A DNA stretch of 63,182 bases, filler included, from Choristocarpus tenellus KU-1152 (Eukaryota; Protista; Phaeophyceae), in NCBI GenBank assembly GCA_964200185.2. It is 13 parts of 13 records of this genome, joined end to end, with 100 filler letters (N's around TTAATTAATTAA, not from the genome) between each part and the next. Parts side by side here need not be neighbours in the genome. Positions count along the whole stretch, not along the records: positions 52,152 to 57,340 come from CAXNAD020011569.1; positions 57,441 to 60,410 come from CAXNAD020023269.1; positions 60,511 to 63,182 come from CAXNAD020025763.1; 10 more parts are not named here. One strand, given 5' to 3'. This document shows positions 52,331 to 63,182 of the stretch, piece after piece (the stretch's first letter is position 1; every line of letters begins with the position of its first letter). The position numbers and the translations under genes are program-made. The notes under the pieces are model-generated. The model was not told where the DNA came from. It did no database searches and saw only the letters and a program-made list of their open reading frames with translations.

Positions 52331-55300
52331 GAGTCCACTGAGTGTAGGTATGCGAGTGGCATAACTGAGTAGCAGAGTGTTAAGCTTGTGGAGGAGTAGA
52401 CAACAATGAAGCGCGCTGGTTGAAGGCAGATGGGTTGATTCTAGAGCTTATTCACTATTTTGACTATATTAGTTATGCGGTGGAGAATCCCCAATCTAGC
52501 TGCATCCTCGATTTGTGTGGAATATAGGGACTTTATAAAACCAATATTAAATTTTGGGTCATTCCAATTCAATGACTAGTCCAAGAAGTCAACCGCAAAG
52601 CTTGAAGTTCAGGTACAGAGGAGTTCTTCGTGAGTTGGAGGAAGGCAGGAAGAAGGATGAAGGGTCTAGGTTGGATGGTCAGCAGTGTGTGGACTCTTTT
52701 CATGACTAATCTACCAGGTTTGAGAGTTGACAACTTGTCTCTGCCAATTTAATTTACATGATAGATCATATATGTGAAATAATCTTAGATATCACCTGCA
52801 ACAACGTAGAAGTATCCTGCAGTGGTAAAAGAGCACGCTGTAAGTGAGAGTACGTCGCCCGAAATCGAAAGCCATCGACCGGGTCCCTGACAAACCTCGG
52901 TGTTACTATGATGGACTGCTATATGCGCAAAAGTCTTGTACACGTTTGTTTACAACAAGGTAGAGTTTCTGGCAGTGTGGAAAGAGGGTGTAAATCAGAT
53001 TACATCTCAACACATGTTTGTCTGCAGTAGTCCCCTCACCAGACAGGTGATCATAACACCTTGCACTGCATGGTGTTTGGTGTGCTTAGCACTAGTTCCA
53101 ATCATGTTAAGGTTAATCGAAAGTTCCTCAGCAGATACATTAATTCTTGTATTCAAAGCATTACACGTTACTTAGTACTACATGCTTTCGAATTCAAGTC
53201 GAATACTTACGAACTCATTTTCGGAATATTAATCAAGCTCTTAATATATATATGATATTCTGTGCTGACCTTGACCTTACTAGAATAAAGTGGTTTGTTC
53301 GTGTATTATGTTATGTACGTAACGTGGTGATTGTGGTTTTAGTTTTCGTGTGGATGTGATAGGAATTCAGAGTGCATGGGTTTCCACATACATGCAAAGG
53401 TGTTCCTAGAGGTATTTGGCACACCATTCAAAGCAATAGAAATTGGATGACTGCATACATATTTTGGACAGCAAGTGGATAGGACTCAGAGTGGGATCAT
53501 ATGAAAGGTGGCTCTAAGCTATTGTTTAGTTCTTCTTTCGATCGCCCTCCACAGATACAGCGTTGGGCCTCAATGCCACATGTTACCTATAGCGAGACAG
53601 TAGTAGCTGTGAAATGCCTCAAACACCACATAATACAATGGTAGGCATACATTGCTGCAGTCCTGCAGTGCTTATCTGTTCAATGCTTAATCTCCTTCCC
53701 CTCTGGTTGTTGTACCAGAGGTGTTAGGGTTAGGATTGGATTGGTGGTATTGAAATGTCCAATGAGACCTACTCTTCGGGAGAACCCAATGGTGACCACC
53801 CCCCACTCTGATTCGTCCTGTGGGAGGATATAATCAGCAAATGCACACATCGCTAGTATTGTTCTGAGTGGTGGTAATGCTTTTTGTCTAGTTATGTTCT
53901 TCCTATTTATTTTTCTCCCTTTGGGTCTAAGCTCATTGAAGTAATTATTGTGTAGCAATTAGAAATCAACCTATTGAATCATCAACATGTGAAATACTAA
54001 TATGATAAATATGTCCCTACGTTTGAATGATGTAAGAAAACTTGCGTAGGCAAGATAAGTATTGACGTCGTATACAACTAATGACCGTGAAGGTATAGAA
54101 ACTCTTGCACTAGAAGTTATTTTATTGTTTCGTTGAGAGCATACACTGTACATATTATTAGATCGTTCATGGTGGTACGCGCCTGAGTGCTGAGTGAGCA
54201 CCACTCACCACAACATCACGGCGTGAACGTGTGTAGGTGTGCATTACTACCTGCTTTTATGTCTTTTGTGCACCCTGTCGATATCTCAGTAAGTTATTTC
54301 TTGTGAAGCACATAGCTCCGCAGGACCTGTGATGACAAACACTAGCAGGTGACAATATCCTATTGATCAGGTACACCAAGGAGGTTGGGAAGAAGACAGA
54401 AGATTTGGAAGTAGAACGTACTTCATGCAGAAATTCGACTTAACGCAGAAGGGTCATGGTGAAGTAGGGCTGGATCTGGAAGCTACTCCAATTTTTTTTG
54501 AACGCATGAGGCCGCAAGCACACATATGCAAAGAAATGGAAGACAATGAGAACGAGCCTAAGAACTCTTGGTTTGAGGTCAAGTTCCTCCTGTAACTGCT
54601 GGAGACTCTATATTGCATGCTGTGCATGGTTAATAGGTTTGACCCCATGCAAGACTCAGTTCTTCCGCAAAATGTTGCAAAAGATGGAGGGGTGTGGAGT
54701 TTCTCTTCAAGAAGTAAGAGAGTTGCGATTATCCAGGCATTCTTCCCCATCTTGACGCCGGGGGGGAAATTCAACCTTGTGACGCAAATATATGCAATCC
54801 CCAATACGTTCCCCAGAGTATGTGCACGTTGATGTTATACCATGTTGCGCAAGTGACCTCCAAGTTACAAATTACTTCGCAAGGTTACCATTATGGGATA
54901 TGCAGCTCCAATCCACAAGGCTGTATGTGGACCTTGAAGCTCATGGGATACTCAAAAATGTAAGTGTCATCAAATATGCAGTATCTCTCACTTCGATTGT
55001 TCACTTCATGGGTATCATCGGGTTATGTAAAAAGGACTGAACAGTGCTACACCATCTCAATAAGGCATCATAATGACTAAATAGTAAATAAATACTCAAG
55101 AAGTACAAATACATCAAGTCTAGGACTTCAAGGCCATAATGGCATTTATGAAACCGCTCTCGAGTCATATCGTCTGTAACATTGATGTCATGAACATCGA
55201 AAAAGGACGCGTTCTTGAGGACCTCAGAACAATTGACGATAACCTTCAAGTGTGTACTGGCATAGATGTTGGTGACATAGATTCAAGTTAAACTGACGCT

Positions 55301-55746
55301 ACTGATGGTGCGGTGTGGCATTACTACGAGTGCCTGCTTCTGTTGGATTGCCTTTGTGGTGATTGATGAGCCCAGGGGTGCAAGAAATTCCAAAGCACTG
55401 CCTTCAGGGCTTATGACACCTGGGCCCTCGCTTAGGAGGATAGGACCCACAGGTTTGAACCCTAACTACATCCTCTACCTGGGGTTGGAGTGGGTGCCGG
55501 GTAGACGGGAAACTATGTAGCAAGGCATTGCCTCATGCTCTAATAACATGGCATGAATGGGGATTGTGCTTTGGCAATATCTCAAAACTACTTATCACCA
55601 CCTCCACCACTACTTTCTTTGGAAGATGCGCTATCAACCGAACAGCAAGGACTCCTGGCTCTGCACACTCTGTCAGCTAAGACGAGTGGTATGATCCTGC
55701 CAACCAACATGAAGTGGCCTGACATGGTGCTGGCTCAAAATGTGTT

Positions 55747-56005
55747 GAGTAAAAATATCTTAGAAGGTACGAGTTATGCCCTGTTTATCCGTTTTGGGCG
55801 TGGCTTCCCGTTATTTTTTTTATGACATTTTCCTACTCCAAGATGTTTCGGAGTAGGTAAAATGTATACGTTATGAAAAGGTGTGCCTGGAACAAGGATA
55901 TTGACACTTTTCAATTAATGTGATAGCCAAAATTACTTCAAAATCGCAACATTGGAGTTTAGCCCCCAAATGGACGTGCCTCTAACCTCTAAGATACTTT
56001 GGCCC
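55747..56005 (+). mobile_element. MITE family A, TSD GTT
   Basis: Both TIRs, slightly degenerate; GTT on both flanks. Confidence 0.88.
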
Positions 56006-56716
56006 GTTCCTAGTTTCTAGTATCACTACTACTTCTCAGCAAGTCTTACTGTCTATTTGTAAGTGTCCCTTCATGATTGTATGGATTATGTGAATGCAGT
56101 CTATGCCTTTGTATTTCCCGAGCAAAACTGCTCTTGAGGTTGTCTAGGGAGAGGGGAGGATCTGGTGATCCGGTTTGAAAGTATACTTGCTTAGTCCGTC
56201 GAGGAGGGATAGCCGCCAAGCCTCTCAACAGATCTCCTTCGGTCACTGCAGAATGAGCTTGAGGTCTTCTCCATACGAGCTGTATGAGAAGGTGATTCCA
56301 CCTTGGTCATTGTCGATTCACTTAGCAGTATTTGTTGCGATATGTGATGTTTGGTGTTGAGATGGGTGGTGCACTCCTGAGCTATTTTTATTAGGACCGT
56401 CATGATGGTAGTGGTGGTCATTGATCTATGATTTCTGAAGTTTTCATGATAAAATATTATAACGACTGGACCTATCTCTCTTGCTCCCCCCTTCATGGTT
56501 AGAGTGTAGATATACATTCTTTCATTTCGAGTCCTCTTTTGTTTTCTCTATGCTACAATTTCTTACCCAATGGTCTAAAATCCCTCAAAAGAACGTGAAG
56601 GTGGTAGTAAATAGTGTAACAAGTACAATAGCAATAACAACTATCCACCAACATCAACGGTGGAGAACAAGGACTTCCCAAATAAGTCAGGGTATGCCAA
56701 GAAAACAGGTCTCCAA

Positions 56717-56931
56717 TCATTTCGCTGTAGGAGAGGTCTCTATGAACCATATCCTCATGTACTCCTCACCTGCTGTATTGCCAATGAAGTTTGAAGCCCC
56801 TGTCATGTTCATGGTGCAAAACTTAAAAAGTGCCACTGCCCCCCCAAACTTAGAGGAGGTGTTGTTGTCGAACGTCAAGCTTCCACTGAGGTATACAATC
56901 GACCAAACCATATATATGGCCCCACCACTAC
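56717..56931 (-). pseudogene. Exon encoding POMP/beta-helix (GGA[I/V], FxxN) repeats
   Basis: After acceptor ...GTACCAG: SGGAIYMVWSIVYLSGSLTFDNNTSSKFGGAVALFKFCTMNMTGASNFIGNTAG; probable donor near 56767. Confidence 0.7.
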
Positions 56932-57440
56932 CTGGTACAACAACCAGAGGGGAAGGAGATTAAGCATTGAACAGATAAGCACTGCAGGACTGCAGCAATG
57001 TATGCCTAACATTGTATTATGTGGCGTTTGAGGCATTTCACAGCTACTACTGTCTCGCTATAGGTAACATGTGGCATTGAGGCCAAACGCTGTATCTGTG
57101 GAGGGCGATCGAAAGAAGAACTAAACAATAGCTTAGAGCCACCTTTCATATGATCCCACTCTGAGTCCTATCCACTTGCTGTCCAAAATATGTATGCGGT
57201 CGTCCAATTTCTATTGCTTTGGATGGTGTGCCAAATACCTCTAGGAACACCTTTGCATGTATGTGGAAACCCATGCACTCTGAATTCCTATCACATCCAC
57301 ACGAAAACTAAAACCACAATCACCACGTTACGTACATAACNNNNNNNNNNNNNNNNNNNNNNNNNNNNNNNNNNNNNNNNNNNNTTAATTAATTAANNNN
57401 NNNNNNNNNNNNNNNNNNNNNNNNNNNNNNNNNNNNNNNN

Positions 57441-60300
57441 GTTATAACCAAGAGGATCAAAAGAGGCCTCGTAGTGGGTGTGCTTTCGCGCCTCGACTGC
57501 AGCAGCAACTACACCATTGCTGGTGGATGAATGTGGGAGATGGGAGGTTGCCTGCACTTCAGCAAATGTAACATCTAGCAGAAAGCCTTTGTCCCGGTAG
57601 GAGGCTGTTCCAGCGTCCGCAAGTACCCCTGCATGAAAGACTAGATCCATGCGGAAATTTCGGTCTACCGTGAAGGGGCTGCCATCCTCCGTAGTGCAAG
57701 GGATGCCCATTCCCTGTCATAGTGGCTTAGGTATTTCACCATGGGTGTGTACTGTCGCACCTGGCCTCCTGCCCTGGGGAAGGTACGGGATGTCTGGTGT
57801 CGACATTTTGCCTCCTGTACCCCTCCACTGGGCACCTGTTTGACAGGGCCTCCTCCCTCCCTTGGGACCTGCTGGCTGTGAGCTTGAATTCTATTTGGGG
57901 GATCTAGCATGCTGGCTCCAGGGGTTGCGTTGAGGCCCATGCGTTTGCCCCCTGTCCACACTGGCTCTGGTGGCATGCTAGGGCTAATGAGGAACTTTCC
58001 ATCCCCTGTTGTACTTCACTTGGTAGGCCAGCTAGTTGTGCCCGAAAGGAGTCTAAACGGATCCTGTTCAGGAGGTGTGTGATCTCATGTTGAGGCCTCC
58101 TTGTGATCCTGGCGTCATGAGCTGCCATGATGTGGACCTCCGAGGCAGGTGCGGGGGATGTTGTTCCCCCCCAGTTTACCCAGTCTTGGTCAATGATTTC
58201 TACAAGGTCTTCTGAAGGGATACCTGTAGAAAGGAGGGTGTGAATGGACGATCCTAAAGCCAGTACTGTGGGGCTCACGCAAACAGCTTGTGAGAAGGAC
58301 TCGCCTTGAGGCCCTTGCTGCCTTGGCAGGAGGGTGGGGAGAGTGGCCACCAGTGATCCTATGAAAGCTGTGTGTTGGTGGTGTTTCATAGAGGAGAAGC
58401 CGAAGCCCCCTGCACTTGTGGGCATCTGTGCCTGTACTTGTTCGTGGGTCTCTAGGCGAAGAGACCCATTATTGCACCCCCCCTCAAAGAAATCCGTCGC
58501 CTCTGTCGAGTCTGCCACCTCCATTATCTTCTCTTGTGTCCATAATGAGGTGTTGTCTGCTTGCTACATGGAGCTTGCCAGGGGGAGGGGAGTGACCCTT
58601 GTAAGATAGCCTACGCGGGAGGAGAGGGACCAGGAGTTGAGGAGCCAGGGCACTTGTTTGTCCTCCATCTCCCTGAGGTGTGTGCCCAAAGTTCGTGTCC
58701 CAGAGGTCTCGATCACCTCGGTCATATGGGCTTGGATATAGCTATCCGTTCCCACCAGAACCCCCAATGTGACAAATCATTGGGGTTCCAGGCTAGGTTG
58801 ACTCCCACTGTAGAAAGAAGTTCCAGTTCTGAGGGTGTGGGTTGGTGGCCTGGGGGAGGTGCGGCAAAGGCCTTGTCCATATTCAAGTCAATGCCTACCT
58901 CATCGAGGTCAGTTTTTAACTGCTCGAAAGCAGCTATAGTGTCAAGGCCGATCTCCCTTGCAGATATGGATATGTTGTCCAGTTAGCTTCGGGAGGAAAT
59001 CCCTTTGGGCCCAAGAGCATGGACCTGCTATAGTGCCTTACATGTTGCCATGCAATATAAGAGGGGGCCAAGGTGGTCTCCCTGTTGTGCCCCTGATCTT
59101 GATGGTAGGATCTTCATCCCTCCCTCGTTCAGGGGGAAAAGAAGATTTCGAGTGTCCCTGTATCTCTTGGAGACATAAGGCAGGAGTCCTGGTAGAGTCT
59201 CTGGGAGAGCTTTAAGGCTGAGCGACATTTCTTCCATCTAGACTGATGACCTATTCTCCAGATTCATTCCTAAGGCGAATGCCTAGGAGCACACGCTTTA
59301 CCCCATTTGGGACCCCAAAGCCAAATTGTCCCACTCCACCGAAAAATTCCTCCAGATAAGGGTTCCAGTCTGTGCAGAAAGCTGAAGCACGTGCCCTTCT
59401 GAAGAAAGAGCCGCAGGCGACCGGTCAACACTTCTCCTCGATTGCGGACAGTCTGGAGCTTGTGTGTAGTGTCCAGAACTCCAGAGGTAAAGAGCCCAGG
59501 GAGGTGTAGGCTAGTTCCCAGAGCTTTTCAAACGCCTCCACCACTTCTTTGTGACCAACATCTGTCGTGATGGTTGATCTGATGTGGCTAGGGCACATCC
59601 CATCAGGGCCTGGTGCAGAGTTGCTGTTCGCCCTGATGAAGGTCGTTTGAAGGGAGGTGGGGGTGTAGTCCCCTTCAGAGGGGCAGTACCTTTGTTCCCC
59701 AGATCTTGAATTCCCTTGTACCCTGTCTTTTGCATCTGTGATGGCCTGCCTAGGCTCATCCTGGTTCTCACTTGGGTGCTTGGAGACCAGCACGCTGAAA
59801 GCCTCCTCCATCCCCGGGGCTCTGGGTTGTGCTAGGAGAACACTTGCCCCCTTGGAGATTCCTCCACGGTGGTGAACCAAAGCTGCAGCACGTTCCTGGT
59901 GGGATTTGGGGTCCTCTCCAGGGGCCTTCCTACATTTGCTGGTCTTCCTACATCTGGGATCGTTCTAGTAGCCATATTACCAGCTCTTAGATATTCCTAG
60001 ATGCCACCCGGGCAAACCTTTCCTCCCTCGAGTACTTTCTATCATTCGCCAGTAAGAGACCAGAGATCATGTGGAAGGGTTTGGATGCTCTGATGACCCC
60101 TATTGTTGGTGTCCCTCCCTCCAGCCTTGAGGAAGTTACCTCGTGTATCAGGAGATCCACTGTGTCCATGAGGGTGATTGTGTGGGCGGTGCAGAACCTG
60201 CCTGAGACCTTCTTAACCATGGCAATGTTTACCTGCTCTAGGGTCTCCATCTGGACTTGGTCAAGGGCAGAAGCTACACTTGGAGTGTGAACTCCCCAAG
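57441..60300 (-). mobile_element. CRE-clade non-LTR retrotransposon (RT plus restriction-like endonuclease), decayed
   Basis: SAPGPDGM, RPVACG, GQFGFGVPNGV, ISLDGRN, SGAQQGDHLGPLLYC, LDNI (YxDD site), AGGFGF; C-terminal FRMDLV...LLDVT...EARKHTHY. Confidence 0.9.
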
Positions 60301-60510
60301 GCAGACGTGGATGTGGTGGTAGGTGGCCTAGATTTTCTGTGGGAGTGGGGGGGTAGTGGGGGTAGGTGGTGGTGGTGGTGGTGATTGGGGCGAGGAAGGA
60401 GGTGGGGTGGNNNNNNNNNNNNNNNNNNNNNNNNNNNNNNNNNNNNNNNNNNNNTTAATTAATTAANNNNNNNNNNNNNNNNNNNNNNNNNNNNNNNNNN
60501 NNNNNNNNNN

Positions 60511-60665
60511 GGGGTCTACACCAGGGTGTCTATTCGGGCCCTGACCAGGAGAAGTGCACTTACATTATCCATCTGACGCACACAATCAAATTCACCCAAA
60601 AATCGTGACATGGAAAAATGGGCTGTGAATGGACAGTCGTCACCGCCCACCAGATTCTTTGAGTC
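60511..60665 (+). mobile_element. MITE family B, 5' end cut by contig start
   Basis: GGTCTACACCAGGGTGTC...CAGATTCTTTGAGTC. Confidence 0.85.
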
Positions 60666-61985
60666 AAAGGGTACTGAAGAGTCTGATAGGAGGATGTCCA
60701 AAGGGATAAGAAGCAACGCTCAGGATCACGGGTATTATAAGGACACGTCAATACAGGCAGCTCTGCTCGAATTATAGTGTGACTAACCTTGCCCGTAGGT
60801 AGAAACTAGAAGCCTTTCAAATCGGGGCTACCTCAGCAATGGCACTTGACCGCTGGAGTTCTTCCTGTCCACCATTACAACTAATGAATGTGCTTGGTGT
60901 ACAAACCCTTCTCGATCGAGTTGAGGAAGGCATTGGTTGCATAAAAAATGTGTTGAAATATCCCCCGACTCATGTATGGATAGAAGAGATAAGTACAGGA
61001 GTATTACCAAATGTTATAGAGTGATTATTGCCAAGCAGAGGGGGCGACCATACAATCCAAAAACACCATCCTTATCGGAATTCACTCCTATCTATCCGTT
61101 CGTATACAAATATGGATTAACCAACTAATAATTCTCGTATTCTGACTCTGCATGTATACTACTACTGTTATCCGTTACAGCTGGAGGAGTCTATTCGAAC
61201 ATCCTCCCTACGTCAAACAACTCTGAGCGGTCACTAGACATATCTAGCTACCGAGCTCACTAAAGAAGAAAATCCAAACGAACACGAAGAATTCAAAATC
61301 CAACGAAAACAACCACTAAACAAAGTCTAAACTCAGAAAAGTTATCGTAGAGACCTTACCTACCACCTTGGAGTATTTTTGGCAGTACCTCTACTGCTAG
61401 ATGCTTTCTTAGTATGAAGATAAGGCTGAATCTGGGGCAAACTGCTCTCTAAACCTTGGTTGCCAGGGTCAAATGTTTGCAGCAGGTGTAAACAACTTAT
61501 TCGTTCTCAGCATCACACTTCAAGCATCAATAACCTGGACACTCTTGCAAGATTTAATTTTACCTCAAAAACTGTATTGCCTTCCAGCACAATACTATCC
61601 GCATTTTGGGGGACATTTCGATGAAATAGGCGTGGATTGGGGACACTGAGAGGGGGCCCAAGCATGAGATGTTAACCTCTTTTTTCCTGATAGACTAAGC
61701 AGAGAGAAGAGCAAACTCATGACATAGTCAAGAGGTTCTGTCTTCTTGATTGAGTTACAACTTCAGGAGTTTACTGTCAAAAAGCCTGAGGAACAACAAA
61801 TTAAATTCTCTGCAACATACTCTCATGTGTTATGGTGGTGTTCGTGGAAAGTGTTTTGAGGCATACTATGCTTGGTCTTGGCTGCAGGGGTGGGGATTTT
61901 TTGTTTATATTTTCTTTCACGGGGTGTCAAAATTGGAAAGGGGTCTGAAGGTTACAATCGCAACTTTGTCCCACCCACCACGTAC

Positions 61986-62829
61986 CTCACAAGGTTCGAT
62001 TAAGTACTCGACCTCCTTCTCTCTCGTCTCTCCTTAGGTGATATATCTTTCATGCTGTTGCGGTCAGGATTTCTCACGGGAACAACGCCGAGTCCAGCTC
62101 TCTTCCGAAGGGTCGCAATTGTTTTGGAAACATCGGCTTGGGTACGGTCTACTTTCGTGAGGACACACAAGGTTCGGGAGTCAGATGGGTCTACTTTCTC
62201 TGCAGTCACGATAGCTTCCTGATTGTCTATATCGAATGCCGCTGAGACTACCAGAAGAATTATTGTATTCTCTTTGACGATGTATTTATTGACAAGGCCC
62301 ACGGTCACCTGCCGACGGTTGGGGCCATTTTCCTGACCATTTGGATTCACGTAGGCGATGCCCGGCAAATCCACAAGTGTCGTAGTGGGGCCATTCTTCC
62401 GTACTACCTCCAGCGATATCTCACCCTGGCTATTGATATCCTGTGCAAAGCCAGCTAGCTAGAATATTTGTGAGCTCCTCGATACGGTCACGCAGTTTCG
62501 TGTACTGGACATGCTGTTTCTCACGTTTTAGCTGTTCGGTAGAGGATTCAATGCCAATTCTCGCCGACCAGTCTCCCTCCTCGAGCTCAGAATCAGCGAT
62601 CAAGTTGAGTCGAAGAGGGACACGGGTGGTCAGAGTTTCGCTTCGAGGCAAGTTCACCCCGGCGAGAACTGCCAGCACAGAACTCTTGCCGCAACTCTGG
62701 CCACCGCAGACCACAAGGTCGGGGACCTGGATATCTGCATTTCCTGCAGCTGTGGTAGCTTGAACATCTTCCACAATTGAGAGGATTTTGCGGAGGTCAA
62801 TTTGCATCATAGTTATTGTCAAGGGCCAT
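61986..62829 (-). pseudogene. Dynamin-related (Mx-like) GTPase domain, frameshifted
   Basis: G1 VVCGGQSCGKSS, G2 TRVP, G3 DLPG, G4 TKVD; frameshifts at ~62455 (+4), ~62020 (+2) and probably ~62800. Confidence 0.88.
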
Positions 62830-63182
62830 GATGTCCTCTACCACAACCTATCCTGTGAACTAGGAAACAAAGTAAGACTGAGACTGAAGGGTGAATGATA
62901 TTGGTAGTACATACAAATATTGTATCGGGGATTTTTTCATTTGTTACCATAAGAAAGGCAAAACCAACATAAATTTTACTAACACATCTAATATTTTAAT
63001 AAGAAGTGGTATTTTGCAATAATCAATACGCCTAATGAAAGTTACTTCTAATTTCAATTCTTCTTTCGGTAATTTCCATGAAAACAACCATACAGTAGGT
63101 TACCCGATTTTGTTCACCCATGTGCATGCCTCAAAAATCGGTACAAAATTGATGTGGTACAATATCGTTTGTACCACTTGGT

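Larger units (their letters stand above)
53310..57340. repeat. Long near-perfect inverted repeat: 53310-53717 vs 56932-57340 (>=408 bp; right arm cut by contig end)
   Basis: Reverse-complement match with only a handful of substitutions. Confidence 0.93.

Noticed and set aside
44625-62829. KDM5 + SKP1 + POMP + dynamin as a functional or defence cluster
   Set aside because: Each is on a different contig separated by artificial linkers
1-63182. tRNA, rRNA or other structured ncRNA genes
   Set aside because: None recognised by eye; tRNAscan-SE/Infernal would be needed to exclude them

Overview
This is eukaryotic nuclear DNA, not a prokaryotic locus. GT-AG introns of about 0.3-1.6 kb, an EsV-1-7 cysteine motif, GGA(I/V) POMP-like repeats and TTAGGG tracts suggest a brown alga or close stramenopile relative (inference). 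The window is an artificial concatenation of 13 short contigs joined by 12 ~100-nt N...TTAATTAATTAA...N linkers, so adjacency across linkers means nothing. Recognisable spliced genes, all partial: an EsV-1-7-domain protein (5.2-7.4 kb), a TBC1D19-like gene (29.9-38.2 kb, minus), a KDM5/JARID1-like JmjN-ARID gene (44.6-45.9 kb, minus), a divergent SKP1 (50.7-52.0 kb, minus), two unknown multi-exon genes, a POMP-like fragment and a frameshifted dynamin/Mx-like GTPase. The rest is decayed mobile DNA: copia, gypsy, CRE-type non-LTR, PIF/Harbinger, two LTR-like repeat families, two MITE families sharing a TIR core, and a long-TIR foldback family. I found no clearly new multi-gene system. The most notable signals are (1) a CpG-deamination and gene-body-methylation-like signature, (2) the paired MITE families with 3-4 bp TSDs, a paralogous empty site and a probable excision footprint in the dynamin gene, and (3) a >=408-bp near-perfect inverted duplication ending exactly at a splice acceptor beside a telomeric seed. 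All exon coordinates and counts were read by hand.
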